64,000 nt of DNA from an uncultured Actinomycetota bacterium. GTDB lineage: Bacteria; Actinomycetota; Actinomycetes; CAVWCF01. The DNA lies in assembly GCA_963697565.1 (NCBI GenBank), contig CAVOOM010000008.1, positions 125,970 to 189,969 of the forward strand. Direction: 5' to 3'. Shown here one piece after another: positions 14,546 through 23,860 of the stretch (position 1 is the first letter of the stretch; every line of letters starts with the position of its first letter). A program made the translations under genes and the position numbers. The notes below the pieces were generated by a model. That model was not told the origin of the DNA, ran no database searches, and saw only the letters and a program-made list of their open reading frames with translations.

Positions 14546-16479
14546 GTGGCCGCACCGCAGGACGCCAGCAGCCCGACCGACGGCTCGGTGCCGACCCTCC
14601 TCGACTCCCGGCGCGCCGACGTCGGGGTCTCGCGCGAGCGGCTGCGACGCAAGCGGCTGGGCACCATGGCGATCGTGCTGGGGATCCCGGCGGCGTTCCT
14701 GTGGTGGCGGATCCTCATCGGCGACCCGGTCGACTCGCTGCCCATTCCGGACATCGACCCCCTCGTCCTCGTGCCGCTGCTGTTCTTCGCCGCGTTGCTG
14801 GTGCTGTTGCTGGGGACCACGATCGGCGCCGGGCGATCGCCGCACGTTCTCTACCGGCCCGAGCAGATCGACATCACCCTCGACGACGTGATCGGGATTG
14901 ACCCGGTCAAGGAGGACGTGGTCCGCTCGCTCAACCTGTTCCTCGCCCACAAGGCGTTCGCTGACGACATGGGCGGCACCCCGCGCCGCGGCCTGCTCTT
15001 CGAGGGGGCTCCTGGGACGGGCAAGACCCACCTGGCCAAGGCGATGGCCCGCGAGGCGGGGGTCCCGTTCCTCTTCGTCTCGGCCACCAGCTTCCAGTCG
15101 ATGTACTACGGCGCGACCGCGCGCAAGATCCGCTCGTACTTCAAGGAGCTGCGCAAGGCGGCCCGCGCGCGAGGGCGGCGCCATCGGCTTCATCGAGGAG
15201 ATCGACGCGATCGCCACCTCCCGAGGCGGCCTGTCGGCCACCGTGATGCCGGAGTCCGCCCGCTCGACTGAGCTGTGCTGCGGCGGGCTGGAGGGCCTGC
15301 CGGCCGGGTACGCGGTGGCGGCCGCCGGACCGGTGGTGAACCGGTCGATCACCTCCGAGGGTGTGGGCGGCGTCGTCAACGAGCTGCTGGTCCAGATGCA
15401 GTCGTTCGACGAGGTGACCGGCATGCAGAAGTTCCAGGCCAAGTTCGTCGACTGGATCAACCTGTACCTGGCCCCGAACCGGCAGCTCAAGCGGCCGGTG
15501 CCCCCCTCGACCAACGTGCTCGTCATCGCCGCGACCAACCGCGCCGACGCTCTCGACCCGGCCTTGCTGCGACCGGGTCGCTTCGACCGCCGGCTCACCT
15601 TCGAGCTGCCGAGCAAGGCCGCCCGCCGCGAGCTGATCGACCACTTCCTGGCCCGCAAGTCCCACGAGGCCGAGCTGGAGCTCGACGAGCAGCGCGACAC
15701 CCTGGCGGCGGCGACCCAGGGCTACTCCCCGGTGATGATCGAGCACCTGCTCGACGAGGCCCTGATCAACGCGATGCGCCGCGGGGCCCCCGCGATGAAC
15801 CGCCAGGACATCGAGCGGGCCCGGATGGTGGAGCAGGTCGGGATGGGCCAGCCGGTCGCCTACACCGTCCACGAGAAGCGGCTGATCGCCACGCACGAGG
15901 CGGGGCACGCGACCGCGGCGTACCTGGTGGCCCCAGCCCGGCGGATGGAGATCCTCACCATCATCAAGCGCCGCGGGGCTCTCGGCATGCTCGCCCACGG
16001 CGACGTCGACGACGTCTACACCCGCTCGCGCACGGAGATGCTCGGCCTCATCCAGATCGCCCTGGGCGGTCAGTGCGCCGAGGAGATCTTCTTCGGCGAC
16101 GTCTCGACCGGACCCGGGGGGGACCTGCTGTACGCGACCAACGTGGCTGCGGAGATGGTCGGCTCGGTCGGCATGATGGGGACGCTGGTCTCGTACGCGG
16201 CGGTGCAGAACTCGGCCTTCAGCGACACCAACATGGTGGGCCGGGTGCTCGCCGACCCCAACGGGCGCGGCCGTGTCGAGGAGCTGCTGCAGGATCAGAA
16301 GGTCCGGGTCAAGGGGCTGCTCGAGGAGAACGCCCACCTGGTCGAGGCGCTCGCGCGACGCGTTGATGGAGCGGCACGAGCTGATCGGCCGCGAGATCAC
16401 CGATGTGCTGGAGGCCGCCCGCGCGGCGGGCCCGCCGCCTCGAGTGCTCGACCTGCGGGCCACCGTCCAGGCGCCTTAG
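14546..16479 (+). CDS. FtsH-like membrane AAA+ ATPase / M41 zinc metalloprotease paralogue (frameshifts ~15165 and ~16355)
   Basis: Two N-terminal TM segments, GAPGTGKT, IEEID, ATNRADALDPALLRPGRFDR, HEAGH, ALGGQCAEE. Confidence 0.85.
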
Positions 16480-16517
16480 CACTTCAGCGCCGGCCCCTAG
16501 GGGCCGATGACCGGCAC

Positions 16518-17015
16518 GTGGAGTCCGTCGCAGCACCCGACCCGGCCGTCCTCGCAGACGCCCGACCGGCTGTCTGGGTGGGCAGCGGCGTGGTGCTCCG
16601 GCTCGGGTCCGCCCGGTACGTGGTTCCGATGGCGCATGTCGCCGAGGTCGTCCATGTGCCCCGGACGACTCGAGTGCCCGCGTCGCCGGGCTGGCTGGTG
16701 GGGCTCGCCAACTGGCGCGGCCGGGTGCTGCCGGTCCTCGACCTGCGACCCCTCCTCGGCGCCGAGACCGTGCCGCTGGCGACCAGTGCGCGGCTGGTGG
16801 TCCTGACCCTCGACGACGTGGAGGCCGGCCTGCTGGCCGACCAGGTCCCCGGGCCGCTGCCCCAGGCTGAGTGGACGGTGGCCCCGCCGCCGCCCACCGC
16901 CGCCTCCGCGGTGGCGGACCTGTTGGCCGGCGTCTTGCAGGACGACGGGGGCCCGGTCTCGCTTCTGGATGCCGCGGCGGTGCTGTCACTCGGCGCCGAG
17001 GCCGCCGGCCGCTGA
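16518..17015 (+). CDS. cheW: CheW coupling protein
   Basis: VAEVV...TRVPASPGWLVGLANWRGRVLPVLDL...AGLLADQV; the GTG start is my estimate. Confidence 0.88.
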   Translation: MESVAAPDPAVLADARPAVWVGSGVVLRLGSARYVVPMAHVAEVVHVPRTTRVPASPGWLVGLANWRGRVLPVLDLRPLLGAETVPLATSARLVVLTLDDVEAGLLADQVPGPLPQAEWTVAPPPPTAASAVADLLAGVLQDDGGPVSLLDAAAVLSLGAEAAGR

Positions 17016-17076
17016 GGCGGCGGCGTGACGGCATCACCTGTTCGGGCTACAGCCCGGCGGTGCGGCCGCCGATGCC

Positions 17077-18639
17077 ATGTGCATGCAGGTCTCTAAACGG
17101 CTGGTCGCCATCAACTCGGTCGCCATGTGGGGCGGCCTCGCCATGGCGATCGGCGCGGCCTACATCACCGACCGGTTCGTGCTGGCGGCCTCCGTGGAGT
17201 GGGCGGCCTTCTGGGTGTGGGTCGCCGTCAGCGCCCTCGGGGCGGCCCTCGCGACCGCTCTTTCGGTCCGCGCCCTGGGCCGGACCCCCTCACCGCGCCA
17301 GGTTCGCCGGTATACGCAAGGGCTCCTGGTCACCGAGGTCCTGCTCATCACCGCCCTGGCCTGCACGAGCGGCGGCCTGCTCGGCGCCGGCTCGGTCCTG
17401 CTCGCCCTGGTCGTGCTCTTCGCCTCGATGGTCTTCGGGGGCTGGCGGCTCGCGGTCTTCGCCGGGTCGCTGGCCGCCTCGGTCGCCTTCACCGGGTGGT
17501 TCACCGACACCTGGACCGGAAACGCGCTGCCCATCGGCCTCGTGGCCTTGTTGGCGCTGCCGGGCATGGTGCTCATCGACGGCGAGATCAGCGTCTCCGC
17601 GGTCGAGTTGGAGCAGCAGGCCAAGGCCGAGCGCGCCGCACTCGAGGCCCAGGTGCAGCAGCTCTCGGCGGCCTTGGACCGGGCGGCCCACGGGGACCTC
17701 GGCATCACGTCTCCGATTCCCGCCGGCGAGGCGCACGAGGCGATCGCCTCGCTGTCGATGTCCTTCACCAGCACGCTCCACAACCTCAGGCAGCTGGTCG
17801 ACCAGGTCCGGACGGGCGGCGACCAGATCGCCTCCTCGGCCGGCGAGCTGCTGGCGACCGCGGAGGAGCATGCCGCCAGCGCGACGCAGCAGTCGTCGGC
17901 GGTGGCCGAGACGACCTCGACCATCGAGGAGCTCGCCGCGACGGCGGCGCAGATCGCCGACACCTCCGAGGCGGTGGCCCGCTACGCGGCCGACACGCTG
18001 CGATACGCCGAGGACGGCCGGGATGCGGTGTCGGCGTCGGTGGCGGCGATGGACGCGATCGCCTCGCGGGTGGACTCGATCGCGGCGCGGGCGCTGTCGC
18101 TGGGGGAGAAGTCGCAGCAGATCGGGCGGATCCTCGAGGTGATCGACGATCTGGCGGACCAGACGAACCTGCTGGCGTTGAACGCGGCGATCGAGGCGGC
18201 GCGGGCGGGGGAGCACGGGCGGGGGTTCGCGGTGGTGGCCAGCGAGGTGCGCAAGCTGGCGGAGCGCTCGCAGGAGTCGGCGGGGCGGATCCAGACGATC
18301 GTGGCGGAGATCCAGACCGAGACGAACGCGACGATCCTGGCCAGCGAGGACGGCGCCCGCGAGGTGCACGAGGGCTCGCGGCTGGCCCGCGACGTCGTCC
18401 AGGCCCTGGAGCGGATCTCCGGCATGGTCGACGAGACGACCACAGCCGCCCGCGAGATCTCGATCGCCACCCAGCAGCAGCGCTCGGCCTCCGAGCAGGT
18501 GGTCACCGCGATGACCCAGGTCTCCGATGTGTCGCGGCAGTACGCGGTCGGCTCCAACCAGTCGGCCGCCGCGGCCTCGCAGCTGAACGTCCTCGCAGGT
18601 GAGCTGCGGGCGTCGATCGCGCAGTTCCGGACGTCATGA
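17077..18639 (+). CDS. Methyl-accepting chemotaxis protein with polytopic membrane N-terminus
   Basis: About 5-6 hydrophobic segments, a HAMP-like linker, and hairpin tip [37 protein letters not shown]. Confidence 0.95.
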   Translation: MCMQVSKRLVAINSVAMWGGLAMAIGAAYITDRFVLAASVEWAAFWVWVAVSALGAALATALSVRALGRTPSPRQVRRYTQGLLVTEVLLITALACTSGGLLGAGSVLLALVVLFASMVFGGWRLAVFAGSLAASVAFTGWFTDTWTGNALPIGLVALLALPGMVLIDGEISVSAVELEQQAKAERAALEAQVQQLSAALDRAAHGDLGITSPIPAGEAHEAIASLSMSFTSTLHNLRQLVDQVRTGGDQIASSAGELLATAEEHAASATQQSSAVAETTSTIEELAATAAQIADTSEAVARYAADTLRYAEDGRDAVSASVAAMDAIASRVDSIAARALSLGEKSQQIGRILEVIDDLADQTNLLALNAAIEAARAGEHGRGFAVVASEVRKLAERSQESAGRIQTIVAEIQTETNATILASEDGAREVHEGSRLARDVVQALERISGMVDETTTAAREISIATQQQRSASEQVVTAMTQVSDVSRQYAVGSNQSAAAASQLNVLAGELRASIAQFRTS

Positions 18640-20843
18640 ACTGGGCCGACGACCCCGAACTCGTCGCCGGCTTCCGCCAAGAGGTCGAGGAGCGGCTGCG
18701 GTCGCTCTCGGACGGCCTGCTCGCCCTTGAGGGCCACGGTTCTCCGCGGCAGGCGGTGGCTGCCCTGTTCCGCGATGCCCACACCGTCAAGGGAAGCGCC
18801 CGCATGCTCGGGCTCGACGCGGTCGTGGGCGTCGCGCATCGAGCTGAGGACCTGCTGGGGGCTATCCGCGACGGCCGGCTGACGGTGCGCCGCGACCTGG
18901 TGGACGTCCTGCTCGCCGCCACCGAGGGGATCGGGCGGGCCCTGCCCGGGGTGCCTCGCCCGGTGGCCGAGGGCGACCTGGCCGCGCTGGTCGCCGCGCT
19001 GGACGCCGCCCTGGCCGGGGAGGACCCCGTGGCGGTGCCCCGGCTCAGCGCGGCCCCGGCCGACCTGGAGGGCGAGGCCGACGGCGGAGCCGCCGGTCAC
19101 GGCCCGGCGGGCCGCCGCGGCGAGTCCGTCCGCGTGCCGACCCGACGGGTGCACGCCCTGCTCGACGTCGTGGGAGAGGCCGAGCTCGACGCACGCCGGA
19201 TGGAGGGCCGCATCGGCGACCTGTCCGCCTGGGGGGCGGAGCACCGCGAGGTGGTCGACTGGCTGCGCCGCGCGGTGCTCAACGGCGCGGTGTGGGCCGA
19301 CCTGGCGGACGCGGTGCACACCCTGGTGTCGCTTGACGACCGGCTGAACGCCGCCACCCGCGAGCTGCGCAGCGCCAGTGAGGATGCGGGCTCCCGCCTC
19401 GCGCGGGTCCGGGAGGGCGCGATGGGGCTCGCCATGGTCCCGGTCCGCCGGGTCGCGGCCGCCTTCCCGCAGCTCGTCCGGGAGATCGCCGGGGCGACCG
19501 GGAAGGACGTCGCCTTCGTGGTCGACGGCGACGACGTTGAGCTCGACGCCCGGGTGCTCGACGGGGTGGCGGACGCGCTCCGCCACCTGGTCGCCAACGC
19601 CGTGGATCACGGGTGCGAGTCGCCCGAGGCCCGTCGGGCGGCGGGCAAGCCAGCGCAGGCGGTGGTTCGGCTCAGCGCCCGCGCCTCGGGGGCCGTGGTG
19701 GTCATCGAGGTGTCCGACGACGGCGAGGGAATCGACGAATCGGCCGTCCGGGCAGCTGCCGTCACGCGCGGGCTGCTCGCCGAGGACTCCACCCTCTCCG
19801 GCCAGCCACTGCTCCAACTGCTCTTCGCCGCCGGGTTCACCACGAGAGACGAGGTCACCGCCACGTCCGGCCGCGGCGTCGGGCTCGATGTCGTCCGTAC
19901 CGCCGTCGAGGACCTCGGCGGGTCGGTGGCGGTCCACACCGCCCCAGGCGAGGGGACCGCCTTCGTGATGACGCTGCCGGTCACCCTCGGCGTGATGCGC
20001 TGCCTGGTGGCCCGCGTGGGCGACGAGCGGTACGCGCTGCCGACGGCGCATGTCGTTGAGACGTTCGACCTGGCGAGCGTCACCGCGCACTCCGTGGCCG
20101 GGGCCACGGTCGTGGTGCGCCACGGCCTCCAGATCCCGTTGGCCGACCTGGGGCAGGCGGTGGGGGCCCCGGGGGAGCGGTCGCCGCGCGCCGCCGTGGT
20201 GGTGCGCTACGGATCGGCCGACGAGCAGCTGGCCTGGGCGGTGGACGCGCTGGAGTCCGAGCTGGAGCTCGTGGTCAAGGACCTCGGCGGGTTCCTGGGC
20301 CGGCTGCGCCACATCACCGGCGCCACCTTGGATGGCGAGGGCGGGGTGGTGCTGCTCCTTGATGTGCGCGAGCTCGCGCTGTCCGCCCTGGGCCGAGGCG
20401 CCGCCCACCTGCCCGCCGTCCCCGCCGTTGCGGGCGGCGCCGAGGCCACGGCCTCGGCGGCCCCCTCGGGCGCGCGTCCCCGGGTCCTCGTGGTCGAGGA
20501 CTCGATCGGCGTGCGCGAGCTGCAGCGGGTGATCCTGGAGGGAGCCGGCTATGACGTGCAGACGGCGGTCGACGGAGCCGACGGCGCGAGCCGCCTCGCG
20601 GGGGCGCCGGTCGACCTCGTGCTGTCCGATGTCGAGATGCCCGGGATGGACGGCTTCACGCTGACCCGAACCATTCGCCGCACCCGCGGGTGGGAGGACG
20701 TACCCGTGGTGATCATGACCTCGCGAGGCGGCGACGCCGACAAGCGGGCCGGTTTGGACGCGGGCGCCAGCGCGTACCTGCTCAAGAGCGACTTCGATCA
20801 AGCCGAACTCATCAACACGGTGCGCAGGCTCGTCGGCCGATGA
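18636..20843 (+). CDS. cheA: Hybrid CheA histidine kinase (Hpt-dimerisation-HATPase-CheW-REC)
   Basis: [30 protein letters not shown]...SGRGVG, P5 domain, C-terminal receiver VEDS...DVEMP...YLLKSDFDQ; ATGA overlap with the MCP. Confidence 0.95.
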   Translation: MNWADDPELVAGFRQEVEERLRSLSDGLLALEGHGSPRQAVAALFRDAHTVKGSARMLGLDAVVGVAHRAEDLLGAIRDGRLTVRRDLVDVLLAATEGIGRALPGVPRPVAEGDLAALVAALDAALAGEDPVAVPRLSAAPADLEGEADGGAAGHGPAGRRGESVRVPTRRVHALLDVVGEAELDARRMEGRIGDLSAWGAEHREVVDWLRRAVLNGAVWADLADAVHTLVSLDDRLNAATRELRSASEDAGSRLARVREGAMGLAMVPVRRVAAAFPQLVREIAGATGKDVAFVVDGDDVELDARVLDGVADALRHLVANAVDHGCESPEARRAAGKPAQAVVRLSARASGAVVVIEVSDDGEGIDESAVRAAAVTRGLLAEDSTLSGQPLLQLLFAAGFTTRDEVTATSGRGVGLDVVRTAVEDLGGSVAVHTAPGEGTAFVMTLPVTLGVMRCLVARVGDERYALPTAHVVETFDLASVTAHSVAGATVVVRHGLQIPLADLGQAVGAPGERSPRAAVVVRYGSADEQLAWAVDALESELELVVKDLGGFLGRLRHITGATLDGEGGVVLLLDVRELALSALGRGAAHLPAVPAVAGGAEATASAAPSGARPRVLVVEDSIGVRELQRVILEGAGYDVQTAVDGADGASRLAGAPVDLVLSDVEMPGMDGFTLTRTIRRTRGWEDVPVVIMTSRGGDADKRAGLDAGASAYLLKSDFDQAELINTVRRLVGR

Positions 20844-20874
20844 CCGAAGCCCCGTGACCCCGCCAGGAGGAGCC

Positions 20875-21843
20875 ATGCCCACAGTCGTCATCGCCGACGA
20901 CAGCCCCACGCTGCGGCGCATCGTGTCGACGGTGCTGGAGCGCGATGGCTTCACCGTCGTGCAGGCCGAGGACGGCATCCAGGCCGTGCAGGCCGTCTTC
21001 GCCCACCAACCAGACGCGGTGGTCCTCGACGTGCAGATGCCCCGGGTGTCGGGGTACGTGGCGGCTCGGGTGCTCAAGGACGACTGGCAGACCGCCGACC
21101 TCCCGGTCCTGCTGCTCACGTCCCTCGATGCCGCGAGCGACCGCTACTGGGGCAGCCAGGCCGGCGCCGACCGCTTCCTCACCAAGGACTTCGAGGCCCC
21201 CGAGCTGGTGGAGGCCGTCCGCGCGGCGATCGCCGCCGCAGACGCCTCCCGCGGGGGCCGCGGCCGGCTCACCCCGGACCCGCTCGAGCTGACCGACGAC
21301 GACGTGTTCGGCCGGGTCTGCGACCTGCTGGACCGCAAGCTCTTCGAGACGGCCATCGCCGCGGAGGTCACCTCGATCGCCGCGGAGGCCAACGGCTTCG
21401 AGGAGTCGGTCGCCGCCGTGCTCGGGGTGCTCACCCGGGTGGTCGACTACGACCTCGCCGCCGTGTGCATGCTCGACGACCTGACGGCCTATCTCTCCGT
21501 CGGGCGGGAGTGCTCGCACCAGCAGTACGGCGAGTTCCTCAACGCGGTGGCAGGCGCGGCGACCCAGGTGGGCGGCGGCGCGGTGGGGGTCGCCGACCTC
21601 ACCCCGCGCATCGCCGACCCGGAAGGCCGCCTCGGGGCCGACGACGAGGGCTCCATGGCCACGTTCCTCTCGATGCCGATGCGGGTGCGCGGCCGCGTGG
21701 TGGGGGTGCTCGCCCTGTCCAGTGCGACGAAGAGCGCCTTCGGGGAGGCCTCGCTGAACACCCTGCGGCTCGTCGAGGGCCCGGCCGCGATCGTCGTCGA
21801 CAACGCGCGGCTGTCGTCGCGCGCCTCGGCTCCGACCGGCTGA
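20875..21843 (+). CDS. Response regulator: PilH-like receiver plus GAF-like domain
   Basis: GGAGG RBS; IADDS...LDVQMP...LLTS...DRYWGSQAGADRFLTK; C-terminal FLSMPMRVRGRVVGVLAL...AIVVDNARL (GAF-like end). Confidence 0.88.
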   Translation: MPTVVIADDSPTLRRIVSTVLERDGFTVVQAEDGIQAVQAVFAHQPDAVVLDVQMPRVSGYVAARVLKDDWQTADLPVLLLTSLDAASDRYWGSQAGADRFLTKDFEAPELVEAVRAAIAAADASRGGRGRLTPDPLELTDDDVFGRVCDLLDRKLFETAIAAEVTSIAAEANGFEESVAAVLGVLTRVVDYDLAAVCMLDDLTAYLSVGRECSHQQYGEFLNAVAGAATQVGGGAVGVADLTPRIADPEGRLGADDEGSMATFLSMPMRVRGRVVGVLALSSATKSAFGEASLNTLRLVEGPAAIVVDNARLSSRASAPTG

Positions 21844-22036
21844 CCCACGCGGGAGGGGCGCCCGGTTCGCCCGAAAACGGCCCGAATCGCCCGGGCCGCC
21901 ACGCGGAACCGCGGGGGGCCCGGCCGCGTCGCTTACCATTGACAGGCCCGCGCGAGCGCGGGAACCCCTTTGCCGCTGGTTTGGCCGACCCCTGCTCGGC
22001 CGTGTCGCCGGTGAGCCCGCACCGAGAGCAGTTGTC

Positions 22037-23860
22037 TTGAGCGACGAGATCACCCAGGCTCCGCCGATGGGCGGCAACCAGCCGACCGCGGGCCACGGCC
22101 ACCCCTTTCCCACCCGCGTGCTGCTGATCGCCGCGGGGCTGCTGGGGGTCGCCTACCTCGGTCTGATCCTGCTCAACGGCGGGGACGTGGCGCGCGGCAC
22201 CTCGGTCCTCGGGGTGCCGATCGGCGGCCTCGACCGCGCGGCCGCGGTCCAGAAGCTGCAGGCGGAGCTCGGCGCCCGCGCGGCGGCGCCGATCCCGGTG
22301 CTCGTGGACGGCGCCCCGCAGTCCGTCGACCCGGCCGCGGCCGGCCTGTCGTTCGACGTGGAGGCCACGGTCGACGCGGTGGACGGCCGCACCTTCAACC
22401 CGGTCACCCTGGTGACCCGCATCTTCGGGTCGAGCGAGGCTGAGCCGGTGGTGGCGGCGGACGAGGCCAAGCTCGCCGCGGCGGTGTCTGCGCTGGCGGC
22501 GACCACCGACCGCCCGCTGACCGAGGGCGGCGTGGTGTTCAAGGGGGCCAAGGCCACCCCGGTCGCACCGGTGACCGGGCTGGCGCTCGACCAGGCCGGG
22601 TCCGCCAAGGCGCTCAAGGCGGGCTACCTCCTGGAGACCGAGCCGATCGCCCTGCCCGCCGCGACCCAGCAGCCGAGCATCACCGACGCCGAGGTGCAGC
22701 GGGCGCTGGCCGAGTTCGCCGTCCCCGCGGTGTCCGCCGAGGTGGTGGTCGCCGTGGGCGGCCAGCAGATCCCGGCGGCCCCCGCCAAGATCACCCCGGC
22801 CCTCACGCTCGCCCCGGTCGACGGCAAGCTGACCCCGGCGATCGACGCGGCCGTGCTCAAGGAGTCGCTCGCCCCCGTCCTCGCCCCGGTCGAGACCGCG
22901 CCCAAGGACGCCTCCTTCGCCCTCCAGGGCGGCACGCCCACAGTCGTCCCCTCGGTGGCGGGGGCGTCGGTCCCGCCGCAGGGCCTCGCCGACGCGGTGC
23001 TGGCCGTGCTGCCGAACCCCGAAGGCAGCCGGGTGGCCGCTGTGACGCTTGAGGAGCAGCAGCCGAAGCTCACCACCGAGAAGGCGAACGCCCTCGGGGT
23101 GAAGGAGGTCGTGTCGACCTTCACCACGAAGTACCCCTTCGCCCCATACCGCCTGCAGAACATCCATCGCGCCGCGGACCTCATCGACGGCACCGTCGTG
23201 CTGCCCGGCGAGACGTTCTCGATGAACAAGGTCGTGGGCGAGCGCACGGAGGCCAACGGGTTCGCCGAGGGCATCATCATCAACAACGGCAAGTTCGAGA
23301 AGGACTTCGGCGGCGGCGTCTCGCAGGTCGCGACGACGACGTACAACGCGGCGTTCTTCGCCGGCCTCAAGGATGTGCAGCACAAGGCCCACTCGTTCTA
23401 CATCAGCCGATACCCGGCCGGCCGCGAGGCGACCGTCGCCTGGCCGAGCGTCGACCTCAAGTTCCAGAACGACACGCCGTACGGCCTGCTGGTCGACACG
23501 TCGTACACGAACTCGACGGTCACCGTCTCGATCTGGGGCACCAAGGTCTACGACATCGAGGCGATCGCGGGCCCGCGCACGGACCCGAAGCCCTTCCAGA
23601 CCGAGTACTCCACGGGTGAGGGCTGCGTCCCGCAGGACGGCGTGGAGGGCTTCAAGATCGTGGTCACCCGGGTCTTCAAGCAGGGTGGCGCCGAGGTCAA
23701 GCGCGAGGACGTCAAGACGTCGTACAACGCCGCCAACAAGATCTACTGCCGAGCCGCCCCGGCGCCCGGCGCCGGCGCCCGCCCCGGCGCCCGCGGCCCC
23801 CGTCGTCCCTCCGGCGACGACGCCGCCGGCGGCCCCGGCTCCCGCGTAGCCGACCGCTAG
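22037..23860 (+). CDS. VanW family protein with N-terminal TM and peptidoglycan-binding repeats
   Basis: NIHRAADLIDG...PGETFSMN...GGGVSQVATTTYNA...HSFYISRYPAGREATV. The Pro/Ala tail is probably frameshifted near 23770, so the true stop may be 23849. Confidence 0.85.
   Translation: MSDEITQAPPMGGNQPTAGHGHPFPTRVLLIAAGLLGVAYLGLILLNGGDVARGTSVLGVPIGGLDRAAAVQKLQAELGARAAAPIPVLVDGAPQSVDPAAAGLSFDVEATVDAVDGRTFNPVTLVTRIFGSSEAEPVVAADEAKLAAAVSALAATTDRPLTEGGVVFKGAKATPVAPVTGLALDQAGSAKALKAGYLLETEPIALPAATQQPSITDAEVQRALAEFAVPAVSAEVVVAVGGQQIPAAPAKITPALTLAPVDGKLTPAIDAAVLKESLAPVLAPVETAPKDASFALQGGTPTVVPSVAGASVPPQGLADAVLAVLPNPEGSRVAAVTLEEQQPKLTTEKANALGVKEVVSTFTTKYPFAPYRLQNIHRAADLIDGTVVLPGETFSMNKVVGERTEANGFAEGIIINNGKFEKDFGGGVSQVATTTYNAAFFAGLKDVQHKAHSFYISRYPAGREATVAWPSVDLKFQNDTPYGLLVDTSYTNSTVTVSIWGTKVYDIEAIAGPRTDPKPFQTEYSTGEGCVPQDGVEGFKIVVTRVFKQGGAEVKREDVKTSYNAANKIYCRAAPAPGAGARPGARGPRRPSGDDAAGGPGSRVADR

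Noticed and set aside
14898-17015. Apparent FtsH-CheW fusion (705-aa ORF)
   Set aside because: It arises from a frameshift near 16355. The natural FtsH-like C-terminus (DALMERHELIGREITDVL) continues in another frame to TAG 16479.
14368-22036. Mobile element or genomic island boundaries around the che cluster
   Set aside because: No integrase, transposase, tRNA or direct repeats were seen, and composition matches the flanks; any acquisition is old.
23750-23850. GC-rich short tandem repeats (gccccggcgccc...), and similar ones at 45060-45130
   Set aside because: They simply encode low-complexity Pro/Ala and Ala/Lys protein tails.
22037-23860. VanW as evidence of a vancomycin-resistance cluster
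   Set aside because: No vanHAX or vanRS nearby; VanW-domain genes are normal residents of this actinobacterial locus.
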